A stretch of DNA of 63,906 nt, the filler included, from an uncultured bacterium (GTDB taxonomy: Bacteria; DAOPZR01), in assembly GCA_964637655.1 (NCBI GenBank). It is 3 parts of 3 records of this genome, joined end to end, with 100 filler letters (N's around TTAATTAATTAA, not from the genome) between each part and the next. Parts side by side here need not be neighbours in the genome. Positions count along the whole stretch, not along the records: positions 1 to 28,042 come from CAZWUZ010000017.1; 2 more parts are not named here. One strand, written 5' to 3'. The notes beneath the pieces were generated by a model, which was not told the origin of the DNA, made no database searches, and saw only the letters and a list, made by a program, of their open reading frames with translations. Every line of letters begins with the position of its first letter. Positions within the stretch are counted from its first letter, which is position 1. Below are positions 9,021-17,975 of the stretch, in pieces. A program made the position numbers and the translations under genes.

Positions 9021-9821
9021 ATGAACCAGACCGCACGCAAGAATGCCGAGCGCATCGTTCCTGAACAATACCGCACCCCTGACGAACAACTGCTCTACCT
9101 GCGCCATTGCTTTGCCTACACCGCCACCGCGGCGCTGTTGCCGCAGGGTGTGCGTGTGCTCGAACTCGGCTGTGGCGAAGGGTATGGCACCCCGCTGCTG
9201 GCTGCCGGCCGCCAGCTGACGGCGCTCGACTGCGCTCCCGCGGCGGTGGCACGGGCCAGGCGGCGGGCGGCGCTGCCGGCGGTGCCGTTTGCCACCGGCG
9301 ACGGTACCCGCCTGCCGTTTGCCGCGGCAGCATTCGACGCGGTCGTCGCGCTGCAGGTCATCGAGCATGTGGCTGACGATGCGGGGTTCCTGCGCGAAGT
9401 GCGGCGTGTGGTGCGCCCCGGCGGGCAGGCCATCCTGACCACGCCCAACCGTGCGACGCGCATCGCTCCCGGGCACAAACCGTGGAACCGTTTTCATCTC
9501 CGTGAGTACGAGGCAGCGGACCTGCAGGCACTGCTGCAGGCGGGCGGCGGCAGCGCTCTGGTGCGCGGCGTCAGTGCCACGCCGTGGATCGTGCAGCGGG
9601 AACGGTCACGCTGCGCGCGCGCGCAACGCCTGGCGGCGCGTGACCCGCTCAACCTGCGGCGGTGGCTCTCCCCGTCGCTGGAGACCGCAATCGCCGGCAT
9701 CCTGCATGCGCTGCTCCGGCGGCGCGATGCGGCACCGCTCCCGGTCTTCTCAGCTGACGATTATTTTCTCACGGAAGAAACCGCAGACGCCCTCGACCTG
9801 TTTGCCATCTGGCGCCCGTAG
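9021..9821 (+). CDS. Class I SAM-dependent methyltransferase
   Basis: VLELGCGEGYG, LPF..AFDAVV..QVIEHV, RPGG..ILTTPN. Confidence 0.92.
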   Translation: MNQTARKNAERIVPEQYRTPDEQLLYLRHCFAYTATAALLPQGVRVLELGCGEGYGTPLLAAGRQLTALDCAPAAVARARRRAALPAVPFATGDGTRLPFAAAAFDAVVALQVIEHVADDAGFLREVRRVVRPGGQAILTTPNRATRIAPGHKPWNRFHLREYEAADLQALLQAGGGSALVRGVSATPWIVQRERSRCARAQRLAARDPLNLRRWLSPSLETAIAGILHALLRRRDAAPLPVFSADDYFLTEETADALDLFAIWRP

Positions 9822-9854
9822 CCTGCGCACTTTGCGGTTGCGGGTGGGGATGAA

Positions 9855-9942
9855 TGGTGCCGGAGGAGGGGATCGAACCCTCATGGGGGCAGGCCCCACG
9901 GGTTTTTGAAACCCGCGCGTATGCCAGTTCCGCCACTCCGGC
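9855..9942 (-). tRNA. tRNA-Leu(CAA)
   Basis: GCCGGAG/CTCCGGC acceptor, CGGGT-TTCAAAA-ACCCG, long variable arm, GGTTCGATCCC, CCA. Confidence 0.95.
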
Positions 9943-10618
9943 GTTTTCTCTGTTTAGCTTCAACATCATCGTATAACAGTTGGTTATGACATCAATCTGC
10001 TACGACTTGTATAGTTCGTTGTGTCCCGTTGTGACCCTTGTGGACGCAAATACGACGCAAAATGCCAGCGAAACATCAACAAGTTACTTATACCATATTG
10101 TAGGCATGGCGGCAAGAAACAAAAACGGATTTCGCGAAATGGACTAAGCTGTTTTTAGCGTTATTCGCCGTCCCCTACGGCATATTGACTCGCGCGCTAT
10201 ATGCCACGTGGAGGTATCGCGATTTGACGGGAATAGGGGAACACTTTTCAGGGCGGTTTGTGAATAAAGACCGAAAGGAGTGTTGCCGTGCAGAAGGCAA
10301 AAAGGAAAACTGGAACCCGGAAGACCGCCTCGGAAAATTGTGTCAAAGGGAAGGATTACCGGAAGAGTTGAAACAGAAGATAACCAGGATGCACGTGAGC
10401 GAAAACGTGCCTGCAGAAGTGACAGATTGAATTCACGCGATTATCTCATGTGAAGTTACGGGGTGTATTTCATGGGCTAGATCGACAACTGTTCGCGCTC
10501 TTTGACATAAATACGGCCGTATCGCTGTGCTGCTGAAGGGACAAGTATTTCCCAAATTATCCGTTTCGTGTGCCATAACTTGATGTGCTACACACCTATT
10601 GAATGCAATACCTAGACA

Positions 10619-10647
10619 TTGACATGATTACTCAAAATAAATATACT
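10619..10647 (+). promoter_or_regulatory. Near-consensus sigma70 promoter of the methyltransferase operon
   Basis: TTGACA-N17-TATACT. Confidence 0.75.
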
Positions 10648-10718
10648 TAACTGGCGGATGAAAAACATCCGAGATAATTATGGCCGCTGATGCGGCAAGT
10701 TACGACACAAGGAACAAA

Positions 10719-11786
10719 ATGAAAAAAAAAGCGGTCTTCGGCAAAAATATTCAGGCAATCGATATTTTTTGCGGAATCGGGGGCCTATCACATGGATTGC
10801 AGCGAGCTGGCATTGAGATCCTCGCCGGTGTGGATTCTGACGCATCATGCAAGTACGCTTATGAGGTTAACAACAACGCTGTTTTTATACAAGCTGATGT
10901 TTGTGACTATCCCATCAACACGTTAAAAAATCGCTATGACCCAACTGCTATAAAGATTCTGGTTGGTTGCGCACCATGTCAAACGTTCTCTAAGCATTCG
11001 CACAGGAATACCGTTCGCCATGATGACAGTAGATGGAACCTACTATTAGAATTCGCTCGGATGGTCGAAGAAATTAAACCCGACATCGTGTCCATGGAAA
11101 ATGTTCCCGGTTTGCAAAAACATCAGGTATTCCATGATTTCATCGCAACGCTCACCAAGCTTGATTACCACATTTCATACAAGGTAATTCATTGTGAAAA
11201 ATATGGGATGCCCCAAATGCGCCGACGTTTGGTATTGCTAGCTTCAAAATATGGACATATTGAAATGCTCGGCGAAACACACAATGCCAAAACTGGGTAT
11301 ATAACCTTACGAGACGCAATAGGTGGATTACCAGCAATAGGTAACGGCGAAATATGTCCAAAAGACAAACTTCATAAGGCTTCATTACTATCAAACCTGA
11401 ATGAAAAACGTATCCACCAATCTTTTCCCGGAGGAACTTGGCATGATTGGGATAAGGATTTAATTCCGCGATGCTACAAAAGAAAATCTGGCCACACATA
11501 CACTTCGGTTTATGGGCGATTGAGTTGGGAAAAACCAGCGACGACGATTACCACGCAGTTTTACGCGTATGGAACTGGACGGTTCGGGCATCCAGAACAA
11601 CCACGTGCCTTGTCGCTTAGAGAGGGAGCACTTCTGCAAACATTTCCTATAAAATACAAATTCACAAAAGAAGGGGACGCGATTTCCATTAAGAATATCG
11701 GGCGACATATCGGCAACGCCGTGCCTGTTCGTTTGGGTGAAATCATCGGACAAACCATTTATCAGCACCTTAAGGAGACAACATGA
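10719..11786 (+). CDS. dcm: DNA (cytosine-5) methyltransferase
   Basis: Motif I DIFCGIGG, IV GCAPCQ, VI MENVPG, VIII PQMRRR, IX REGALLQTFP, X IGNAVP; SD AAGGA before ATG 10719 (alternative start 10680). Confidence 0.96.
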   Translation: MKKKAVFGKNIQAIDIFCGIGGLSHGLQRAGIEILAGVDSDASCKYAYEVNNNAVFIQADVCDYPINTLKNRYDPTAIKILVGCAPCQTFSKHSHRNTVRHDDSRWNLLLEFARMVEEIKPDIVSMENVPGLQKHQVFHDFIATLTKLDYHISYKVIHCEKYGMPQMRRRLVLLASKYGHIEMLGETHNAKTGYITLRDAIGGLPAIGNGEICPKDKLHKASLLSNLNEKRIHQSFPGGTWHDWDKDLIPRCYKRKSGHTYTSVYGRLSWEKPATTITTQFYAYGTGRFGHPEQPRALSLREGALLQTFPIKYKFTKEGDAISIKNIGRHIGNAVPVRLGEIIGQTIYQHLKETT

Positions 11787-13684
11787 ATAATTCAGAAGAC
11801 GGTGTAACCGGACGACGGTATGAAATTAGTATTGAACCACGAATCTTAGAATTACTGGGTCCGCACCTTTACACGAATATTTATTTTGTGTTAGCTGAAT
11901 TAATCGCCAACGCTTACGATGCCGATGCGCATAATGTGTATATAATTGAAAAGGATGATCGAATCGTTGTCGAAGACGATGGAAGCGGAATGTCATATCG
12001 TGATGGTGATATTGCAAATTATCTCCGTGTGGCTGCTGAAACCAGATCGGAATCTGATAACATTTTAACTGCCAGTGGTGTTCGCAAACGAATGGGTAGA
12101 AAAGGCGTCGGAAAATTGGCGGCACTGTCTGTTTCAGAAAAGGTTTTCGTCATGACTTCAAAAAATGGAGAAAAGTCGGGTTTTGTCTTGTCAAGGCATG
12201 TCGACTCCTCACGACTCTTGGAACCCCTTTCTGAAGATAATGTACTGTTTGAAAACGTCCAAGGCAATGGCACATCGGTCGTGATGTTGTCTCCGGAATA
12301 TGGGTTGCATAAAGCAAGGACAGCCATAATGAGGAACCTTCTAAAAATATTCCCCTTGATTGGTCCCGAATTCAGAATTCACATCATCAATGGGGCTGGG
12401 ACCGATGTTGTCGATAGTTTTGACAAAGAAATGATGGGCGATTTGGGTGGTGTCGTTCTCCTTGGCAATAACTTCCATCATCTGGCGGAATATTTCAAAC
12501 GCGATTACATACATGATCCGAAAGTTGAGGACAAGTTATTGATCTCAGAAGATAGTATCAATATCGAAATGCGTATTAACAACAAGCTAGGTATGGAATC
12601 AGACTACACTCTATCAATCGAAGGATGGATCGGATTCTATCGATCGACGCGCGGACGAAAAAATGACGCCAGCGATTTCCCGGACAATTTTATATCTCTT
12701 TTTTCGAATGGAAAACTTGGAGAATACAATGTCCTGCCGGCTGTGGGGAAAAACAGATTGACAGAAGTTTACGTGGTGGGTCAATTGCACGTCGATCTAT
12801 TTGAAGAAACGGAACTACCAGACATGGCTTTAAGCAATCGCCAAGGATATAAGACAAGCGATGCAAGGTATATCAAGGTCATTTCTCAAATAAGGGATAA
12901 TCTATTGCCACGTATTCTTGAAATGCGTAATGTTTTTGCCAACCACCGTAATACCCAAAATAAAAGGGCTAAATCTGATCGGATGAAAAAGGAGGAAGAA
13001 AACTTAAAAGAGAAAGCCGCAGAGTATATGAATACCGCGTCAACAAATGCAACAGAAAAAATCAAACAACTGATGGGTGCTTCAATGCCGGAAGGCATCC
13101 GTGCGATTATTAAAGACGAGTTAAACGGGGTCATGAACATTGTCGGTTTGAAACGGCGTGTGGATTCACAAAAAAAGAGAGTTTTGATTAGTCACGTTCT
13201 AGCAGATAAGGCATTAGCAGATACTATATTCTATATGCTTGTGTTCAATGGCGTTCCTGAAGAAGAGATCATCTATACCAGTTGTGATGATCACAGGTGT
13301 CGGCTTCCGGAGGATGAAAATATATTTGACTATTTGCGAGACTTTTTTGTCAATAGTTTGTCGGATGAAAAAGTATATGTCATCTACATTACAAGTGAAA
13401 CAATGGCGAAAAATTGGTTCGCCGTCGCCGAAGTTGGTGCTGGTTGGATTACAAAAAGCGATCACAAAATATTTAATATATTCGATCATAGACCAAATCC
13501 GCCCCTCAATGTTTCCATGCTTTACCACACGAGCAGGATAGATAACGGACGGGTCACAATGAATAGCGTCAAACATGATGAATTTGCTGTCAAAATCGGC
13601 AGCATTTGCAACCAATTGGGATATGCTGCCAAAGACAAAGACAGCAACAAAAGGGAACTGTTAAGGCACATAACAGTCACATGA
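11783..13684 (+). CDS. GHKL (MORC/MutL-like) ATPase fused to C-terminal TIR domain
   Basis: GHKL motifs ELIANAYDADA, EDDGSGM, GRKGVGK, GTSV; coiled coil; from ~13171 a TIR pattern RVLISH...DK...IFDYL...VIYITS...W...EVGAGW; ATGA overlap with dcm. Confidence 0.85.
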   Translation: MNNSEDGVTGRRYEISIEPRILELLGPHLYTNIYFVLAELIANAYDADAHNVYIIEKDDRIVVEDDGSGMSYRDGDIANYLRVAAETRSESDNILTASGVRKRMGRKGVGKLAALSVSEKVFVMTSKNGEKSGFVLSRHVDSSRLLEPLSEDNVLFENVQGNGTSVVMLSPEYGLHKARTAIMRNLLKIFPLIGPEFRIHIINGAGTDVVDSFDKEMMGDLGGVVLLGNNFHHLAEYFKRDYIHDPKVEDKLLISEDSINIEMRINNKLGMESDYTLSIEGWIGFYRSTRGRKNDASDFPDNFISLFSNGKLGEYNVLPAVGKNRLTEVYVVGQLHVDLFEETELPDMALSNRQGYKTSDARYIKVISQIRDNLLPRILEMRNVFANHRNTQNKRAKSDRMKKEEENLKEKAAEYMNTASTNATEKIKQLMGASMPEGIRAIIKDELNGVMNIVGLKRRVDSQKKRVLISHVLADKALADTIFYMLVFNGVPEEEIIYTSCDDHRCRLPEDENIFDYLRDFFVNSLSDEKVYVIYITSETMAKNWFAVAEVGAGWITKSDHKIFNIFDHRPNPPLNVSMLYHTSRIDNGRVTMNSVKHDEFAVKIGSICNQLGYAAKDKDSNKRELLRHITVT

Positions 13685-13698
13685 CAACAAGAGGAAAT

Positions 13699-14052
13699 AG
13701 CCAGAAGGTTCGGGGCCACCGGCCGACGGTGCGAAGAGTCCGTTGTGTGTTTGAACTTCCGCTTGGTCTTGGCCCGAATCCCGTGTTTACGCATCAGCCG
13801 GGCCGCCCGATTCTTGCTCAAGGGAGTCCCCTTCTGGCCGACCTCCTTGGCGACACGCGGACTGCCATAGGTCTTGCGGCCGGCCTCGTGTGCCGCCTTG
13901 ATCAGCACCAGCATTTCCGTTTCCGCCTGCTGGCGCTTGCCCACGGGTGCCTTGCGCCAGGCATAGAAGCCGCTGCGACTGACGCTGAGGGCTTGGCACA
14001 TCTTCCCGACGCTGTGCTGTTCACAGTGCTCCTCAATGAACGCATATTTCAG
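13699..14052 (-). pseudogene. IS3 transposase OrfB fragment lacking the DDE core
   Basis: MCQALSVSRSGFYAW...TYGSPRV...RLMRKHGI...TTDS...APNLL, then homology is lost. Confidence 0.85.
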
Positions 14053-14339
14053 CGGCGCGGCTTCGAGAAAATGGCCAGTGCTTTTTTTAGGATGTCACGT
14101 TCCTCCGTGACGCTCGCCAACTCCCGCTGTAGTTTGCGCAACTGCTCGTAGTGGGGTTTCAGCCGGCCGTGCCCCGGGAAGGCGTTACCGCCATTAGTGG
14201 CCAGCTGTCGCCGCCACTGATACAGCAGCTTCGCCTTGATCCCCAGATCTCGCGCCACCTCAGGCACGCTCTTCCCCGCCGTCAGGCGCACCGCCTCCTG
14301 CTTGAACTGCTTGTCATACTGCCTGCGTTCCCGTGTCAT
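14049..14339 (-). CDS. IS3 transposase OrfA (HTH)
   Basis: RRQYDKQFKQEAV...VARDLGI...LYQW...ERDILKKA. Confidence 0.9.
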   Translation of the reverse strand: MTRERRQYDKQFKQEAVRLTAGKSVPEVARDLGIKAKLLYQWRRQLATNGGNAFPGHGRLKPHYEQLRKLQRELASVTEERDILKKALAIFSKPRR

Positions 14340-14493
14340 CCTCCGTCCTCCTACTGGACGGGACTATACGCGCTTTCTCGCTGTCCACCAAACCGGGTAA
14401 GACCATTATTCGTCAACTAATATCAGACTAAGGCATTGCATTTTTGCGTGTTCTTCAGTTCTGCAGAACGTCCGAAAACTTGAAATAAAATTC

Positions 14494-14522
14494 TTGACAT
14501 GTCCAAATTGAAATAGTATAAA
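14494..14522 (+). promoter_or_regulatory. sigma70 promoter of the secreted-protein operon
   Basis: TTGACA-N17-TATAAA. Confidence 0.65.
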
Positions 14523-14695
14523 GGACACAATAATCGGCTACACATAAAGGCAGGGTGGATGAAGAATAACTCTGCAGCGACCGGCGCGCCGCCACCGGGT
14601 GACATGTTGTCGTTGTCTCTTCTTGCCCTAGGTGTATGTCGTCTATTTGTCAATCGCAGCGTGAAATCCATCGTTAAAATCGAAAAGGAATACCG

Positions 14696-16372
14696 ATGAA
14701 ACGTTCTGCCTGGGCCGTTGGTGTGTTTGCGCTCGTCGTGTTGATGGCGGGCATCGCTGTTGTTCGCGCGGAGTTCGCGACGCCAACCGGTGTGGTCATC
14801 AACGAGATCATGTACAACCCACCGTGGGATGACCAAGTCCAGATGACCGACGCGAAGTACGAGTGGATTGAGCTGGTCAACCCGACGCTTGGCGTGATCG
14901 ACATGGGCGGCTATCGTATTACGACAGATGCCGGCTATGAAATGGCGGTTCCTACTGGAACGAAAATCGAGGCCGGAGGCTATCTGATCATCGCCTCGGA
15001 TGCGCGTGCTTTTACAGGCGGGCTTCCGAACGGTTGGACGGTGACCTGCCCGGTGGTGGGCAACTCCGGCAATGACACGCCGATACTTGGAAACATGGGT
15101 GGCACGGTTCGTGTATATGACCGCGCCGGCGAACTGAAGGACGAAGTGACCTATAGCGACCGTTCCCCCTGGCCGTCCGGGCTGGGGAGCGGCAGCACGC
15201 TTGAATTGGTTTCGCCGTTGCGAGACAACGCTGATCCCGCGTCGTGGCAGGCGAGCACGGAGCGCGGCTATCTGGGCACGCCGGGCAAGCCGAACAGCGT
15301 GCTGGCTGGCAGTGAACTCTGGCAGGGGGCGGCGAGCGCGGTTCCGGCAACTGTCGGGGCGCTGGCGCGGCTGGAGTCGCAGGCGTTCACCGTGCGCAAT
15401 GACGACGCGCGGGCTATGGAAGGGGTGGCGCTGACGCTCCCCCTGAGTTGGCTCTGGTCCGGTCGCACGACCAATGTGAGCGTTGCCGGCGCGGAAGGCA
15501 CCGTGACCGTATCGGGCGATGGGCGCCCGGGGAAACCGTACGTGATACGCGTGACCGGCATCGATGTGGCGTCAGGCGCGCAGTTGACGCTGACGCTGGC
15601 GAAAGTGACCAGCTCGCCGCAGGCGGGCGCTGCCGACGAGTTTGTTGTAGAGGCCTCGGATGGGGAGCGCTGGTATCCGCTGCAGGCGAGCCCGAGCGTG
15701 ACCGTGACCGAGACAACGCGCAGAGCGGAACATATCGTTATCAACGAGGTATATAACAACGGCGGCGATTCGATCAGCGCCGACTATTGCGATTGGTTTG
15801 AGCTCTACAACCCCACCAGCGAGCCGGTCTGCATCGACGGCTGGTATGTATTCGATGCGTTGCCGCGACAGGCTCTTGAAAGCCCGCGTGAAGGGACGCT
15901 TAGGATTCCCGACCCGACCGCAGGTCAGGACTACGTGCTGCAGCCGGGCGGGTATATGCTGATCGTGCTGGACGAGCAGAGCTACCGTAGCGAGTTCCCG
16001 CAGGGAGCTGCCCCGGCGCTGGAAGGCAATCTCGATTGCCGCAGTCGTACAACAACCGGGCAGCGCATTCTCGACCCATCCAAGGACGGCCCGGCTCCCA
16101 ATTGCTCGGTTATCTGTAATTTTGGTTTGAACAAAAACCGTGATGAGTTAGTGTTGTATGACGGGGAGAAGATCGTCGACGCGGTAGCCTGGGGCAACGG
16201 CAACTCGTTCAACATGCTGACCAGCGAGCCGCTGATCTGCCGGCACGGGCTGTCGCTGGCCAGGAAACAGGATGGCTATGAGGCGCAGCAGCCGAATGGC
16301 GAACTGAGCGAACTGGTGGGCAACAGCTTCATGGCAAACGCACAACCTACGCCCGGGACGGCTAACCGATGA
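14696..16372 (+). CDS. Secreted protein with two lamin-tail domains (LTD)
   Basis: Signal peptide; two copies of VINE(I/V)..N...W(I/F)EL.NPT...GTPG/PTPG. Confidence 0.88.
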   Translation: MKRSAWAVGVFALVVLMAGIAVVRAEFATPTGVVINEIMYNPPWDDQVQMTDAKYEWIELVNPTLGVIDMGGYRITTDAGYEMAVPTGTKIEAGGYLIIASDARAFTGGLPNGWTVTCPVVGNSGNDTPILGNMGGTVRVYDRAGELKDEVTYSDRSPWPSGLGSGSTLELVSPLRDNADPASWQASTERGYLGTPGKPNSVLAGSELWQGAASAVPATVGALARLESQAFTVRNDDARAMEGVALTLPLSWLWSGRTTNVSVAGAEGTVTVSGDGRPGKPYVIRVTGIDVASGAQLTLTLAKVTSSPQAGAADEFVVEASDGERWYPLQASPSVTVTETTRRAEHIVINEVYNNGGDSISADYCDWFELYNPTSEPVCIDGWYVFDALPRQALESPREGTLRIPDPTAGQDYVLQPGGYMLIVLDEQSYRSEFPQGAAPALEGNLDCRSRTTTGQRILDPSKDGPAPNCSVICNFGLNKNRDELVLYDGEKIVDAVAWGNGNSFNMLTSEPLICRHGLSLARKQDGYEAQQPNGELSELVGNSFMANAQPTPGTANR

Positions 16373-17487
16373 CATTCCTTCGGAACAGCCTCCCCCTCTC
16401 CCATTGGGAGAGGGAAGGGGTGAGGGGCATTTGTATAGCTTTTGTGATAGTTTGTTTGCTGACAAGTTTGCCGGCATTCGCCGAACCGCGCTGGCAGATG
16501 CACCGGACGCTTCTGGACAGCCCGATGCTTGATGCGGCGTTCCCGGACGACAATACGGTGCTGATAGCCAACCAGAACGGGCTGGTGACGCTGAACACGG
16601 AAGCCGAGGTCCTGAAACGCCAGGGCATCGACAGTTCGGTGAGCTACCCCATCCTGGCGGAGAACGGCAGCTATGCGCTGGTGCATCATCGCCGGCGTGT
16701 GCCGCAGTTCAGCGAGAGCATCACGCTGTACAGCGTGTCCGGCGAGACTGGGGCGACGTTCCCGATCAGCGGGTCGCCCTATCTGGCGCCAAACGGTGAC
16801 TGGCTGCTGACGGTGGACAAATATGCGAACCGGGTGAGCGTCTACAATGCGCGCGGCGACAAGCTGCGCGAAGACACCTACCCCGAGATAAGCAACTACG
16901 GCATGAAATTCTCCGCAGACGGCCAACATGTGGCGCTGAACCTGCCGCAGAACGGCGTGGATGCCGTCGCAGTGGTGTATGACAACATTGGTCGGCTGCA
17001 GACGAAGGTGTGGCACATGCTGGGTCAGGCGCAGCCGGGGTTGACGCCGAACGGGGACACGCTGGTGCTGATTGCCCGGGCGGCGGTAACGATTTACGAC
17101 GAGACTGGAACAGAGAAGCAAAGGATTCAACGAGGCAGAAATGCGGGAGTTGGGATGCTGACGAGGGATGGGGAGGAGTTGTGGTTGGCAGAATATGATG
17201 GCCTATATCGGACGTCTTTAGCGGGAAGCACTGACAGCAGGTGCATATTCAATGGTGATACGAAAATTACATGTTTCGTTGAAGAACCAAGTGGTTGTTA
17301 TTTACTGGTTGGTTCCCTAATAACAGAAGCATCAACTACTGCATGGTATCGCTATAACCGTACTGAAGAACGCGTTGATTGGAAAGACTGCGACTCCGTC
17401 TTCTGTGATGCATACATAAGCAATCGCGGGATAATGTTCGGCGAGACTGAAATCGAGATGATTATGAATAGAAAATATCTGAGATGA
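16369..17487 (+). CDS. Exported beta-propeller-like hypothetical protein
   Basis: Signal-like segment (true start possibly GTG 16420); repeats such as LAPNGD, FSADGQ, LTPNGD, LTRDGE. Confidence 0.7.
   Translation: MTFLRNSLPLSHWEREGVRGICIAFVIVCLLTSLPAFAEPRWQMHRTLLDSPMLDAAFPDDNTVLIANQNGLVTLNTEAEVLKRQGIDSSVSYPILAENGSYALVHHRRRVPQFSESITLYSVSGETGATFPISGSPYLAPNGDWLLTVDKYANRVSVYNARGDKLREDTYPEISNYGMKFSADGQHVALNLPQNGVDAVAVVYDNIGRLQTKVWHMLGQAQPGLTPNGDTLVLIARAAVTIYDETGTEKQRIQRGRNAGVGMLTRDGEELWLAEYDGLYRTSLAGSTDSRCIFNGDTKITCFVEEPSGCYLLVGSLITEASTTAWYRYNRTEERVDWKDCDSVFCDAYISNRGIMFGETEIEMIMNRKYLR
16394..16414. repeat. REP-like hairpin
   Basis: CCCTCTCCC-ATT-GGGAGAGGG perfect 9-bp stem followed by GGGGTGAGGG; same style as the hairpins in the MITE copies. 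Confidence 0.65.
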
Positions 17488-17515
17488 TGTTGTTTGAATA
17501 ATTAAGGAGCGACCA

Positions 17516-17959
17516 ATGCAGATGCTAGGCGGAATAAAAAGAATAGTAATTAGCATTACGTGTTTGGTTGCTATAGTGATGTTGTGGTTCTACAATTACC
17601 TGCTATATTTCCCTTCAATTGTTGAACATTATCGACTTGCAATAAGAGGAGAAACTTCATATTTCGACATCGCTTATATTGTTCTTGTAATCACGTTAAG
17701 TATAGTCGCGACATTTTCTTTGAATACGCTTCGCATATGTTTATTTAGATACTTTGACAAAAATCTGATCAGAAATAGCATATATATCGCAATGGTTCTT
17801 TTCTATACATACGCTGTCTATTTGATGAGAATGTATGCTCCAATGGAAAAAGTGTGTTTCCGTGGGAATGAATTTATTGGAACTCTCTTGGCTCTAATTG
17901 TATTTATGTTTGTTTCATGGTTTTTGATTAGGAGACTGTATGGAAAACGGAAGGATTGA
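17516..17959 (+). CDS. Low-GC 4-TM membrane protein
   Basis: SD AAGGAG; four hydrophobic stretches; AT-rich. Confidence 0.7.
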   Translation: MQMLGGIKRIVISITCLVAIVMLWFYNYLLYFPSIVEHYRLAIRGETSYFDIAYIVLVITLSIVATFSLNTLRICLFRYFDKNLIRNSIYIAMVLFYTYAVYLMRMYAPMEKVCFRGNEFIGTLLALIVFMFVSWFLIRRLYGKRKD

Positions 17960-17975
17960 ATACTGGAGATATGAA

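Larger units (their letters stand above)
13699..14405 (-). mobile_element. IS3-family element, truncated
   Basis: IRL TGGTCTTACCCGGTTTGGTGGACA at 14405-14382 (IS3-like), orfA, A7G slippery site at 14081-14088, orfB homology ends at APNLL; high GC in low-GC surroundings. Confidence 0.9.

Noticed and set aside
9855-9942. tRNA-Sec (TTCAAA in the anticodon arm)
   Set aside because: The 7-nt loop TT-CAA-AA gives anticodon CAA, and the 7-bp acceptor with A discriminator fits Leu.
10185-10430. 81-aa ORF in the island
   Set aside because: TTG start, no SD and no recognisable motif; at most a gene remnant.
13522-13698. C-terminal extension of the IS3 orfB ORF
   Set aside because: Read-through antisense to the TIR gene past the deletion junction.
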